A stretch of 64,000 nucleotides of DNA from a virus, in IMG/VR virus record IMGVR_UViG_3300020045_003852, positions 1 to 64,000 of that record, one strand, 5' to 3'. Positions within the stretch are counted from its first letter, which is position 1; each line of letters opens with the position of its first letter. Shown piece by piece: positions 39,738-49,497 of this stretch. The notes under the pieces were generated by a model. The model was not told the DNA's origin. It did not search any database and saw nothing but the letters and a program-made list of their open reading frames with translations. The position numbers and the translations under genes were made by a program.

Positions 39738-40346
39738 TTAAATGGCTATGTCGGAAGTAGTGAGTGATACACTAATTGTTTGGCTCCCTAGTAGGTGTTT
39801 TCCATAGGCAACAAAAACTGGATTGCCTTGCTTTGTCGTATTTTGAATCCCGCTGAAGATATAAGACTGTGTATTATTTGACTCACTATCAATGGTTGTT
39901 CCTGCTGCTGTCTTAGTCATTAGACCAGTGACCCCAGACAGCACAAGGGAAGCCCCCATGTAAAATGCTGCTGTTGCCATACCATACCCGGCGGCACCAA
40001 GGTACGCCCAGCCCGCCGCCCCCCCGGCATACCAACTCGCAGCGATCAGCACAACACCAACAATAATCTTAGCCGCATTGCCAGCACCAATAATTCTAGG
40101 GATTATCTTAATAGACATGTCACCAGACTTAGAAAAATCCTCTTTGACTTCACCGTCAACATTGTGCTTCCCATCCCACACCTCGTATCCCGCAATACTC
40201 CTTGTACTATCAATAAGGTGTTGTTTCATAGCGGGGAAGTTAGCACACAGAAGCCTAATTGCCTCTCCAACACTACTTACATATAAGCGATGCACTCTCC
40301 CGTATCTTTTTCCTAACTCCCCATATAACCTAATTGTTCTCAACAT
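39738..40346 (-). CDS. tail assembly protein I-like
   Basis: RTIRLYGELG.RYG, hydrophobic Gly/Ala segment, NT..QG.PV...YG. Confidence 0.88.
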   Translation of the reverse strand: MLRTIRLYGELGKRYGRVHRLYVSSVGEAIRLLCANFPAMKQHLIDSTRSIAGYEVWDGKHNVDGEVKEDFSKSGDMSIKIIPRIIGAGNAAKIIVGVVLIAASWYAGGAAGWAYLGAAGYGMATAAFYMGASLVLSGVTGLMTKTAAGTTIDSESNNTQSYIFSGIQNTTKQGNPVFVAYGKHLLGSQTISVSLTTSDIAI

Positions 40347-41064
40347 TTTCCATATCCTTGTGTCGTAAATATCTTGTTGCCCTGTCTAAGTAGTATTTAC
40401 CAAGAACATCTTTGCAACTCAGTCTTCCATTACAATGATGAGCAATCTTATTGTCTCCAATATAAACTGCTCCATGAGTTGTTATTGATGATCCAATGGC
40501 AAACAAGATAACATCGCCATATTTTAAATCTTGAAATTCAATGCTACGAAATCCAGCAGATTCATAACAGTTTAAATATACCTCAAGTCCCTTTTCCCAA
40601 AACCGTGCTGGCCTATGAAAATCCCGAAGTTCAATTCCAAACTCTTGATTGTAGAAATCTCTGATGAATGATCCACAATCATTAACATGCCATGTGTACG
40701 GCCTACCATAAAGGGGAAGAACTACGCGCTCTCCTCGCAACCATGTGAAGTCTACAGATTCACCTCTACTGAGGCCGACAATTAACCAATCTGTTCCGTT
40801 TTTACTATGTGACGCTTTATCCGTAAGACTTGGGGATGAATCCCTTTTTGGGTGTGAGTGCACAATTGTGATAATCTCGCCAGCATCTTCTATGGCAGCA
40901 TACTCAGATGGAGAGATACAAAAATCATCTTGTGGAGTGTCAGAGATATTTGTGCAAAGGTTGTATCGGTACTTTCCTTTTACAACAGAAACAATGCCGC
41001 AAGCCTCTTTCGGGTATTCTTCTTTGCAATGCAAAGTAATTTGTTCATACGGAAAGTCTTTCAT
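40330..41064 (-). CDS. tail tip protein K-like (JAB + NlpC/P60)
   Basis: EACG, HSHP..PS..D; DC..F.RD, HG.VY..HH. Confidence 0.9.
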   Translation of the reverse strand: MKDFPYEQITLHCKEEYPKEACGIVSVVKGKYRYNLCTNISDTPQDDFCISPSEYAAIEDAGEIITIVHSHPKRDSSPSLTDKASHSKNGTDWLIVGLSRGESVDFTWLRGERVVLPLYGRPYTWHVNDCGSFIRDFYNQEFGIELRDFHRPARFWEKGLEVYLNCYESAGFRSIEFQDLKYGDVILFAIGSSITTHGAVYIGDNKIAHHCNGRLSCKDVLGKYYLDRATRYLRHKDMENVENN

Positions 41065-41072
41065 ACTATTCC

Positions 41073-41768
41073 TTAAGAAAGTGACACTAGAGAACTACCT
41101 GGAAATCCACCAAAAGGTAATTCCCCATACTCCCCGAATCGCAATTTGCAACCTGTGAGTGTCTTTGGACAACGATCCTGTGCTAATGTTGTAACCGGTA
41201 TACCATTAATATTCCAGTAGGAACTTCCCGTATAACTACATTCTTCTCCTCGATATCTCCACGGACAGAAGTTGGCATTAACCATGCGGCGGGGCAGGAA
41301 TACACCTGCCACATCTAGGGAACTGCCTAGCTCAAACTCAACATATAATTTATTCTCCGTGGTTTTCTGCACGACGTAAAATATCTCATCGTCAAGATGC
41401 TCGCCGGGATTTGCAGAGGGATTTCCACCTGAGAAATTAACAGCATCTAGATAACGCACAGCAGTTTGTTTTCTTGTCACCTTCATCCCAATAAGGTCAT
41501 TATGAGTACGGATTAGCGTGCTGAAAGCCCCTTGAATATTTGCTAGTTTAATCTTTGGGCGAGGGAATGCGCCACTGTCTACCGTGAAGCCAGACGCTTC
41601 CACAGGGAGCGCTGTGTATTCCTGCCCTTGCCAAACAATGTTTCCACCAAGGACATTCTCGCCTGCTGTAAAATAAAAATACCCAGCATCTAGGTTTGTT
41701 GCATCAAGCACAAACAACTCTACCCATCTGTCTTGGTCAAACGCTTGTACTGTCCCATAGATGCTCAT
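41073..41768 (-). CDS. minor tail protein L-like
   Basis: PRPKI, YLDAVNF..GNP.A, CPW.YRG.EC...C.K...GC..RF...LPFGGFPG. Confidence 0.92.
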   Translation of the reverse strand: MSIYGTVQAFDQDRWVELFVLDATNLDAGYFYFTAGENVLGGNIVWQGQEYTALPVEASGFTVDSGAFPRPKIKLANIQGAFSTLIRTHNDLIGMKVTRKQTAVRYLDAVNFSGGNPSANPGEHLDDEIFYVVQKTTENKLYVEFELGSSLDVAGVFLPRRMVNANFCPWRYRGEECSYTGSSYWNINGIPVTTLAQDRCPKTLTGCKLRFGEYGELPFGGFPGSSLVSLS

Positions 41769-41780
41769 TAATAATTTTCC

Positions 41781-42131
41781 TTATAATTTGTCTGCTACTT
41801 GCTTAAATGTGGCTGATAGCGTAGAATACCCACCTGTTTCATAAGTAGTTTCCCATTCTTCACATACGAATGACCTTGCTGTCTCTGTTCCGTCTACTCC
41901 ATTGAAAGGATTCCATAAGAAAGCCTCCGTAGAGTTTAATGACTCAAGAGTTGTATCAAGTGTTTCAATAGCAGAGGGGATATCTTTAAATGAGACAGAG
42001 TATTCTTTTAAAGACGTATTGATACCATCTTTGAACAGTTGAGTATATTCAGTTGAGAATTGATATTTGTTCTTGCGAGGCTTACTCTTCTCAGAGAGAG
42101 ACTCAGGCTTGTTAGTAATCGTTATAGTCAT
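41781..42131 (-). CDS. divergent distal tail protein M-like paralogue
   Basis: F...Y.Q...GIN...F.W.P...F.CEEW...LSATF.Q. Confidence 0.7.
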   Translation of the reverse strand: MTITITNKPESLSEKSKPRKNKYQFSTEYTQLFKDGINTSLKEYSVSFKDIPSAIETLDTTLESLNSTEAFLWNPFNGVDGTETARSFVCEEWETTYETGGYSTLSATFKQVADKL

Positions 42132-42139
42132 TGTCTTTC

Positions 42140-42463
42140 CTATCGTTGAATGAACGTGGCAGACAGTGTTGCATTGGCGAAAGTGGAAAAGTCAGCATCC
42201 CACTCTTCACAATAAAATTCTTTAGTAGCCCCACTAGGAGTTGTCCATTCAAATTCTTCATTGCCATCTCTAGCATCAAGAAATTCATCAATGGCTTTTA
42301 TTTTGGTGTAGTCACCACTAAACGATAGGCTATGTTCTTCTCGGAGAACGTTAGCGCCTATGGCGGTTCTTTGGGCGTAACCGTCTCCGAAGGAGATTGT
42401 GGAGACTTCTGGCTTCTTTTTTTTCTTAGCTTGCCAATCAGGTGTCCAAATAAACGTTTCCAT
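42140..42463 (-). CDS. distal tail protein M-like
   Basis: METF.W.P...FGDGY.QR..G.N...F.WT.P...CEEW...LSATF.Q; own promoter at 42482-42510. Confidence 0.88.
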   Translation of the reverse strand: METFIWTPDWQAKKKKKPEVSTISFGDGYAQRTAIGANVLREEHSLSFSGDYTKIKAIDEFLDARDGNEEFEWTTPSGATKEFYCEEWDADFSTFANATLSATFIQR

Positions 42464-42576
42464 ATAAATCCTTTTATTAACATTATAACACAACATACAC
42501 AATAAAGCAAGCAATTGTTAATATTTATTCGTAAGAAGAAGGAACAGAGGCATAGCCCCCATTCCTTTTCTATTTG

Positions 42577-45500
42577 TTATGCCCTTGCCAATAGTCCGCC
42601 CGGCCGCTGCTCGTTTGCTATGACTTCTTTGGCCTTGTGCGCGATTAGTAGACCGAGAGCTTTAGCACTTGTGCTGTCACTAGACTCCGTAGTTGAGGCT
42701 GAACTTCCATCGCCGTTCATGGTTATATTGACGGACACATTATTTTGTGTTCCACCTGTACCTGACGTTTCAACACCAAGATTACCATTTGCTGTGCGGG
42801 TAAGTGGCATTACTGCTTCAGGGCCTGCCTCGCCAATAACCCCGTTATTAAATGCTCCCCCGGAAGCAAATTTAATAGGTGTTGCACCACTGACCACGGA
42901 ATTAGTAAAAGCACTTCCTTTAGCAAACTTTGCAACGCTAGACCCTGTGAATGCATTACCTTTGGCAGACGCAAGGGGGGCACCAAACAAACTGCCTGCT
43001 TCAGCAGTTCCTGCCCCAGTCCCACTTGCTGTTCCGAATGAACCTAGTAGTCCTACAGCAGCCATAGCAACCTTCATCAAAGCAATCTTAGCCAACATTA
43101 CAGCAATTTGCTTCAGCACAGAAACAGCCAAGTCTTTAAAACTTGATTTAGTTCCAGAGACAAAGTTTTCTAATGCAGATTCAACTGTGCTAAATACTGT
43201 CATAAAGCCGTTTTGAACTTGAGAGTTATATGTGCCGAGATTATCGCTATATTGCTTCGCTGAGACAGATAAATTCTCTGTCCAAGACAACTCTTTTTGT
43301 TGAAGCACAAGATTAGCGTTGATTAACTCTGCTTTAGTAGCATAGGCGTTTCGCGTGTATTCAATGCTGGCATTAAGATATGCTTCTTCTGCGGACCCGA
43401 CCTTGATATTGTTACGCTTCTTCTCAAGTTCAAGCAACTCCTTATTCATTGCAACTTCGTTGGAGTATAATGCTTGAGCAGCATTCTTCTCTTTAGTGGT
43501 CATTGAGATATATTTGGCCTCTTGGTCATACTGCTCATTGAGGTCTGCTATATCCTGTGCATTCTTTCTGGACACATCGCCATAAGATTCTGCTGCTTTA
43601 AGATTAGCTACAGTTTGCTTATTAATAATTTCAAGTGCTGCTGCCTGATCTTCCAATGCAGCATTCTCAGTTGCCTTATCTTTTGCTCCCCCGCTTACTT
43701 TGGGATCAGCAGCTTGAAGTCTCCACTTAGCAGCATTCTTAGCATGTTGACTTACTTTGTCATAGGCTAGACCAGATTCTTCAAGTGCCTTGGCTTCTTC
43801 TTTTAAGGCTTCAATTGAACTGACAATTGAATTCTTTTCTAGCTCTCTCGCGTCAGTCTTATGCTGTGCCCTTTCTGATGAACGATCCGGGGATACTTTA
43901 TATTTCTTCTCAATAGCATTAAGTTTTTCCTTTTTTGCTATTTCATCCTCAGCTGTTGCTATGCCTGTCCGCACAAGAGATTGATATTCCGCCTCTACTT
44001 TTGCTATCTCTTTTTTCTTATTAATTTGCAATTTAGAGGAAGAGTCTATTGTTTTATCCCAGACTTCTCTAGCATTGTTCTTCGCTTTTTCGGCTGCGAC
44101 TTCTTCGCCCCTCTTCTTAGCGGCATCACTTTCAGCAGCAGATTTATCTTCGATAGCTTTCTTCTGTGCCTTAAGACTATCAATACTTGTCTGAAGTCCT
44201 GACTTATCAGAAATGCTAGAGTCAGATTGGCTAGCCTCCAACTTCTTAATTGCATCTGACAGAGACGCAATCTTTTGTGTGTCAGTATTAGTAGCAAGAC
44301 CTCTAATAGATTCAATAGCCCAATCAGCAGCATTCTTAATCTTTTTGAATAGCCACTCTACACCTTCTAAATTATCTTTGGCTTCTTTAGACATGGTATC
44401 AATGGCCTTTTTTAGAGTATCCGTAGCCAAGGCTGTAGCGCCTGCGGTATCCCCCTGTTCAGCCAATGCTTTTATGGCCTGCCTAGTGTTATATTCAAGA
44501 AAGTTATACGACTTGTTAAGTTTATCAAGAGTCTCAAGAGGCTTATCACGTAGGTCTGCAAAGTATCCAACAGCCTCAGATATTGATATGCCTGCTGCCT
44601 GACTCATTTTTGTTGTAGCAATACCAACTTCTTTAACTCTGTCCGCAGTGATTTCGCCATTCTTGGCAATCTCTGTCAATGCCGCGCTGGCTTTACTCTT
44701 AGATGCTCCAGTGGCAGCAATAGCATCACGCATATCATAAAAGCCTTGTGTTGACAGACCAAGAATACCGTTTGAAACTACATTGGCTTTGTTAAAGTCA
44801 CCAAGTTCTTTAGTAACGGAATAAATTGTATACCCCATTGCAGCAATAGCGGCTGCTGCTAAAACAAGTGGGTTTTTAGCTAGACTGAGCAGGTATGAGC
44901 CAGCGGCTTTAATAGCCATGCCAACACCACCAAACATATCCTTCAACTGCCCACCTTGTTGCATTAGGATAAGCATTGGGTTTTGTCCACCTGCCAACTG
45001 CGTTGCAATATCTGTAAACTGTGCTGGAACCATTCTAAGGGCCGCATTATATGCCTTGGTAGACATAGTTGCGCCATTGGTGTTTGTTTCATATTGCTTA
45101 ATTCTAGCAAGATGTGGAACCATACTATCAGATAGCCCCTGCTGCGCAGCGCGCAGAGTAAGGTATTCTGACTTAGTACGACCAGCCATCATTGCTGTAC
45201 GCTCAATCTGCTGTGCAAGCCTCTGTTGGGCTTTAATCTCTGGCTCAACACTCGCGCTACGACTGCTACCAGAACCCCCTCCTGAGCCTCCTGTGGAGTT
45301 CCTAGCCATATTCCCGCTAAGACCCTTCATGCCTTCTAGTTCAGTACGCATTGCTCTTAGCTGTACAACATACGCAGCAACATCGGCTGTCTTAGCAGAC
45401 AGCCTTTCCGTAGCATTGGCAATATTAGTTAGATTAACAGACAATCCACCAATATTCTTAGCCATATCTGCCAAGCCACTCGTGCTGGCTTTAACATCTT

Positions 45501-45696
45501 TAATAGCTTGAGTTGTATCTTGCAAGTTTCCGCTTAACTTATCAAGATTAACATTCTTGAATGACCCTAGTGTAGAAGAAAGCCGCTCAAGGGGCTTTTG
45601 GGCACCCTCGGCGGCTTTTGCAAGACTGTCTAGATTTTTAGCTGTTGGGGCAATACCCTTCTGCTCCACAACAACGCTTAATTTCTTAACGTCCAT
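42577..45696 (-). CDS. tape measure protein
   Basis: 1039 aa, Ala-rich helical, AQFTDI..QL.GGQNP..IL.QQGGQLKD, GEAGPEAVMPL. Confidence 0.93.
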   Translation of the reverse strand: MDVKKLSVVVEQKGIAPTAKNLDSLAKAAEGAQKPLERLSSTLGSFKNVNLDKLSGNLQDTTQAIKDVKASTSGLADMAKNIGGLSVNLTNIANATERLSAKTADVAAYVVQLRAMRTELEGMKGLSGNMARNSTGGSGGGSGSSRSASVEPEIKAQQRLAQQIERTAMMAGRTKSEYLTLRAAQQGLSDSMVPHLARIKQYETNTNGATMSTKAYNAALRMVPAQFTDIATQLAGGQNPMLILMQQGGQLKDMFGGVGMAIKAAGSYLLSLAKNPLVLAAAAIAAMGYTIYSVTKELGDFNKANVVSNGILGLSTQGFYDMRDAIAATGASKSKASAALTEIAKNGEITADRVKEVGIATTKMSQAAGISISEAVGYFADLRDKPLETLDKLNKSYNFLEYNTRQAIKALAEQGDTAGATALATDTLKKAIDTMSKEAKDNLEGVEWLFKKIKNAADWAIESIRGLATNTDTQKIASLSDAIKKLEASQSDSSISDKSGLQTSIDSLKAQKKAIEDKSAAESDAAKKRGEEVAAEKAKNNAREVWDKTIDSSSKLQINKKKEIAKVEAEYQSLVRTGIATAEDEIAKKEKLNAIEKKYKVSPDRSSERAQHKTDARELEKNSIVSSIEALKEEAKALEESGLAYDKVSQHAKNAAKWRLQAADPKVSGGAKDKATENAALEDQAAALEIINKQTVANLKAAESYGDVSRKNAQDIADLNEQYDQEAKYISMTTKEKNAAQALYSNEVAMNKELLELEKKRNNIKVGSAEEAYLNASIEYTRNAYATKAELINANLVLQQKELSWTENLSVSAKQYSDNLGTYNSQVQNGFMTVFSTVESALENFVSGTKSSFKDLAVSVLKQIAVMLAKIALMKVAMAAVGLLGSFGTASGTGAGTAEAGSLFGAPLASAKGNAFTGSSVAKFAKGSAFTNSVVSGATPIKFASGGAFNNGVIGEAGPEAVMPLTRTANGNLGVETSGTGGTQNNVSVNITMNGDGSSASTTESSDSTSAKALGLLIAHKAKEVIANEQRPGGLLARA

Positions 45697-45708
45697 TGTG
45701 ATTCCTTA

Positions 45709-46065
45709 TTATTGTTGTTTCTTTGCTTGCACCTTCAACCAAACATTGTCTAGCATATCAATAATATCTAACCAAAGTTGTGTTGGCTTGGTGTCGGTGA
45801 GCCTTGCCCAAGCATCAATCTCTAGGAACGTTATAGGATTATCTCCTGCTTCTCCTCTCGTTCTCTTCTTATTTATCTCTAGGAAATCATCCCAATAACT
45901 TGACAACTCGTATGGAAATGCTAAGTCATAATATTGTTGTAGTTCAGGGGGAATATTACCAGTTGCTTCTTGTACCTTCTTTAAATGTGGGAGAAGGGCT
46001 ACGCCTTTTTTATTCGGCAAGAGGAAATTAAATGTCTCCTCTGCATAAAGACGTAGCTCAATTAG
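45709..46065 (-). CDS. tail assembly chaperone, -1 frameshift extension (gpT-like)
   Basis: -1 frame open from slippery G GGA AAC to stop; PITFLEI.AW..LT motif. Confidence 0.8.
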   Translation of the reverse strand, partial: LIELRLYAEETFNFLLPNKKGVALLPHLKKVQEATGNIPPELQQYYDLAFPYELSSYWDDFLEINKKRTRGEAGDNPITFLEIDAWARLTDTKPTQLWLDIIDMLDNVWLKVQAKKQQ

Positions 46066-46448
46066 TTTCCCTCAAGCATTCCTTTAAGATCATGCATCGC
46101 CGAGAGTACCTGGTTGCGAAGAAATGGGTAATCTGTATACATACGAACAGCATTATCATAAGAGAATTCTACCGGCTTACCATCTTCTTCAATGTTCTTC
46201 CAGCCCTTTGTACACTTAGCAAGCATTTCAATATAGAGTTCGTTACTGTGATCCTCATCCATCTTCTTGCCACGCTTCTCAAAGATTGCCATTTGGTTAT
46301 CAATCTTTTGTTGTGCTTGCTTATGTACTCGTGAGCCAACACCCAGCACATCCACAGATGCATCTTGTTCCACATCATCGAAATCTTTCAGAATATACGT
46401 GAAGCCTTTTTCCGCTGCGGCGATCGTGTCATATTTCTTGAAGTCCAT
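46062..46448 (-). CDS. tail assembly chaperone (gpG-like)
   Basis: V.G..S...GW.N...G...FS..NA...YP.LR.QV; ends at GGGAAAC-TAA. Confidence 0.85.
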   Translation of the reverse strand: MDFKKYDTIAAAEKGFTYILKDFDDVEQDASVDVLGVGSRVHKQAQQKIDNQMAIFEKRGKKMDEDHSNELYIEMLAKCTKGWKNIEEDGKPVEFSYDNAVRMYTDYPFLRNQVLSAMHDLKGMLEGN

Positions 46449-46496
46449 ATTATCTCCTTATAACAGGGAAGGAATAATTCCTTCCCTTCTTAAACA

Positions 46497-47693
46497 TTAA
46501 GCTGCCATTGAATCCATAATGACAACAGTTGATTGTTCCATCGCAAGATTAGTGCCATCACTAAGCAGGGCAGTGAATGGAACAGTCTGAATTAGACCTC
46601 CCACTTCTTTGTCATCCGGCGCTGCCCCGCCAATCTTAATCTTAGGGAACTTAATTACCATTGTCTGACCACTATCCCCAACAAACTTATAAACTAGTGA
46701 AATAGCTGTTTCATTGTAGAACTTGTTGAATACTGTATCATCTTGGAAATAGACAGTGAATTCACCAGTACACTTAATACGACCAAGGAAGATAGCAGCA
46801 GGATTACGCTGACCAATAACAGTACCTGCTTCGTTATCACCTGTAATCTCAAAATTCAGGCCAGTAACAACGGCTTGTGGAACTCCATCGATAAGCAGCA
46901 TTCCAGCATTACCTGAGAAGATGCTAGTTGTGCTCGCAGCCGTAGGAGTAGTGAAATAAGCAGTTCCTGTTGAGGCAATGTTCTTGCCCATCAAACCAAA
47001 CTCAACAGTCGTCATTGCATTAGGAGCAATAGTTACTGAAGCACTACCAATCTTAACGCCAGTAGCAAGGCGGCTAACAGCGATATTATCGTAGAACTGT
47101 TCAATCGTGTATGACTCATCTGTACGCGAAGCAGGAAGCAGGGGGACAATCAATTTCTTGCCTGCTTGGGCCACTGTGACACTATCCCCAGCAGCCTTAG
47201 TGACCAATGTGACACTAGTAGGATCAAGGGTCATTACTGTGGCTGTAAGAGCAGTGATAATAGCTGAAGTGTTGTTCGCTGTAGCAGGAGCAGTGAAGCC
47301 GCTAATATTAACCAAATCACCAATCTTAAACCCAAGAGTGATCCAGCTAAGGGTGCTACGAGTAAGAGTGTTACCACTAGCAGCAGAGGCAACAGTTGTA
47401 GCCGTATCAGTAACAGCGGTAGTCCAAGCGCCACGGAGCAGGCTGGCGAAGAAAGGACTGTAGCTGCCAGGGGACAATTCACCACTAAGAGTACCTTCTA
47501 CTTTGTCACTACCAAGACGCATATCTGAAGTCTGAGCAGTAGAACTAATTTCAGCACTCTCAAAACTGTCTCGGGAAAGGTCAAGGTCAAGGGTTACTCG
47601 ACGCAGATATTTACCAGAGTTTGTGGCAGGAGCAGTTCCCCACGAACTTTCGCGGGAAAAAATTACTTGTTTGTTGACTCCGCTTGTTAGCAT
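46497..47693 (-). CDS. major tail tube protein
   Basis: ES.WG..P...LRRV, S.EI, ELSPG.Y; strong promoter TTGACA-17-TGgTATAAT at 47728-47756. Confidence 0.88.
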   Translation of the reverse strand: MLTSGVNKQVIFSRESSWGTAPATNSGKYLRRVTLDLDLSRDSFESAEISSTAQTSDMRLGSDKVEGTLSGELSPGSYSPFFASLLRGAWTTAVTDTATTVASAASGNTLTRSTLSWITLGFKIGDLVNISGFTAPATANNTSAIITALTATVMTLDPTSVTLVTKAAGDSVTVAQAGKKLIVPLLPASRTDESYTIEQFYDNIAVSRLATGVKIGSASVTIAPNAMTTVEFGLMGKNIASTGTAYFTTPTAASTTSIFSGNAGMLLIDGVPQAVVTGLNFEITGDNEAGTVIGQRNPAAIFLGRIKCTGEFTVYFQDDTVFNKFYNETAISLVYKFVGDSGQTMVIKFPKIKIGGAAPDDKEVGGLIQTVPFTALLSDGTNLAMEQSTVVIMDSMAA

Positions 47694-47783
47694 GTTCTAT
47701 TTCCTTATTATTTATTGTTATACAGCAATTATACCACAACATTTAACAATTGTCAATGTTGCAAGAGGATTTATTAAGATAAA

Positions 47784-48200
47784 CTAGGCAGAGATAGAAT
47801 CTGCCATGTAAGGGATATCAATTGCTACATATAAGAAGTTCCCCTCGTATCCCGGAGCAGATACACTTGCTGTATTCAGAATCCTAGTTGTAAGTGTTCC
47901 ATTAACAATTTGCAGTGTTCTTGGGAAATATTTAACTAGGTCATCTACAAATAATTCAACAGCATTCATTCCGACATTTAATGCCGTGGTATAATACGTT
48001 ACACGAAACAATCCAGCGTAACGATCATGTTTATTCCCGAATGAAGGATTCTGTGTTGGGGCAGGAAATAGGAATGCTTTAAGATAATCTACTGTTGGAA
48101 TATTCTTAACATTTTCCCAAACAATGGGGATATTACCTTTTGTTGCAGCGAATGCTGCAAGTCTTGTAGATAATGCGCTACGTACATTTAGTTGTGACAT
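47784..48200 (-). CDS. tail terminator protein
   Basis: I.WEN...P..YL...LFP...YAG.F.V; position. Confidence 0.75.
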   Translation of the reverse strand: MSQLNVRSALSTRLAAFAATKGNIPIVWENVKNIPTVDYLKAFLFPAPTQNPSFGNKHDRYAGLFRVTYYTTALNVGMNAVELFVDDLVKYFPRTLQIVNGTLTTRILNTASVSAPGYEGNFLYVAIDIPYMADSISA

Positions 48201-48628
48201 TAAACAATTCCTCCAGCAATCATTCCTAGTGTTTGTCCGACAGGAGCAAAACCATTTCCAATTTTAGTGAGTGTCTTAGCAACAGGAGCATATGCAATAG
48301 TTTTAGCCCAACCAGTGTATTCAACATTAGAGGTGTAGGATAGATTATTGACTAGATACACACGGTCATACTTTAGGAAATAATCTGCGGTGATTGTGGC
48401 GTTAATCTCCGCAATTTTTGCGTCCCAATTCATTGTCGACATTGTGGAGTAATTTACGTCAGTTGGTCCAACGTGCCAGTTGGCGATGAATTTTCCGCTG
48501 CTATAAGGTGATCTATCGACCACCATAGTGAAGATTGTTCTAGCCACTTGGGCTGTTTCTACTGCAACCTCTTGCTTAGTTTCATTACACCAATCAGATA
48601 TACCTAATGCAAAGTTATATCTCGCCAT
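48200..48628 (-). CDS. tail completion / neck protein (HK97 gp10-like)
   Basis: VVDRSP..SG.F.ANW...NNL.Y...EY.GW. Confidence 0.75.
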   Translation of the reverse strand: MARYNFALGISDWCNETKQEVAVETAQVARTIFTMVVDRSPYSSGKFIANWHVGPTDVNYSTMSTMNWDAKIAEINATITADYFLKYDRVYLVNNLSYTSNVEYTGWAKTIAYAPVAKTLTKIGNGFAPVGQTLGMIAGGIV

Positions 48629-48630
48629 GG

Positions 48631-49023
48631 CTATTTACGCAGAAGAAGGTCATACATAATTGTATAACTGGAACTCGGATTGTATTCCTTAACATTTAAA
48701 ATACGGTATGTTTGCCCTGCTACAGTAATTGTATCCCCTGCTGGCGATGGCTTAGTGGCAAGGTCAACTCCGTTAGTTTTGGCATCCATGTAACATTGTT
48801 TATCTCCTTGCTGGATCAGTGTATTCTCATTAACGGATAATCCATTCTGCGAAGCAGAGTAATCTAGGAGGACTACTTTAACGGGTGTTGTGACCGACAC
48901 CGTAGGCGTGTAGGACGATGTAGAGGGATCATAGACACCCGATGTAGCCAATTGAGTTAACGTGGCTGTGGTGCCCTCGCGTACGAGGATTCCGTAAACC
49001 ATTCTATAGAGACTGGAAAGCAT
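48631..49023 (-). CDS. head closure (stopper) protein
   Basis: YDP.T, I..GDK, P...D.I...G..Y.I. Confidence 0.7.
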   Translation of the reverse strand: MLSSLYRMVYGILVREGTTATLTQLATSGVYDPSTSSYTPTVSVTTPVKVVLLDYSASQNGLSVNENTLIQQGDKQCYMDAKTNGVDLATKPSPAGDTITVAGQTYRILNVKEYNPSSSYTIMYDLLLRK

Positions 49024-49032
49024 TATGTCTCC

Positions 49033-49497
49033 TTAGTAATTACTAAAGTAATCGTAGCCATCTTTCTCTACGTCGGGGACACGGTAAAGGTTTAGGTCGG
49101 AATCGTCGTATGACCCGGCAGGGTAGTTAATGATGCGTTTTTGTACAAGGGTAGAATCTTGTAGGTTGGCTTGTACGTCTGCTAAGTTCATTCCTCCGAC
49201 ATAGACGCCTGCTGAGGCATTTAGTGTTGCATTGTTTATTACCTCTTTCAAAAACTTTAGGTAGTTATTGTAAACTTCTGACCCATAAAATTCCAATTTG
49301 TCAAGGCGCTCCCTACCAGAAAATGCCATTCGTGCAAGAATATACATTGCACTTTGCTTTGTTGCTGCAACAACATTTCCTGCGTTAGCATCCAAGGCAA
49401 ATTGAATTTCTGTATCAGAAAGCCACTCTATATCTGACGTATCCCCTATGTTTAAACGTACAACGTCCGCAGGGTCATTCAAGTCTAATGTAGCCAT
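49033..49497 (-). CDS. head-tail adaptor protein
   Basis: D.VRL.IGDT....LSD.EI...L; position after capsid. Confidence 0.75.
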   Translation of the reverse strand: MATLDLNDPADVVRLNIGDTSDIEWLSDTEIQFALDANAGNVVAATKQSAMYILARMAFSGRERLDKLEFYGSEVYNNYLKFLKEVINNATLNASAGVYVGGMNLADVQANLQDSTLVQKRIINYPAGSYDDSDLNLYRVPDVEKDGYDYFSNY

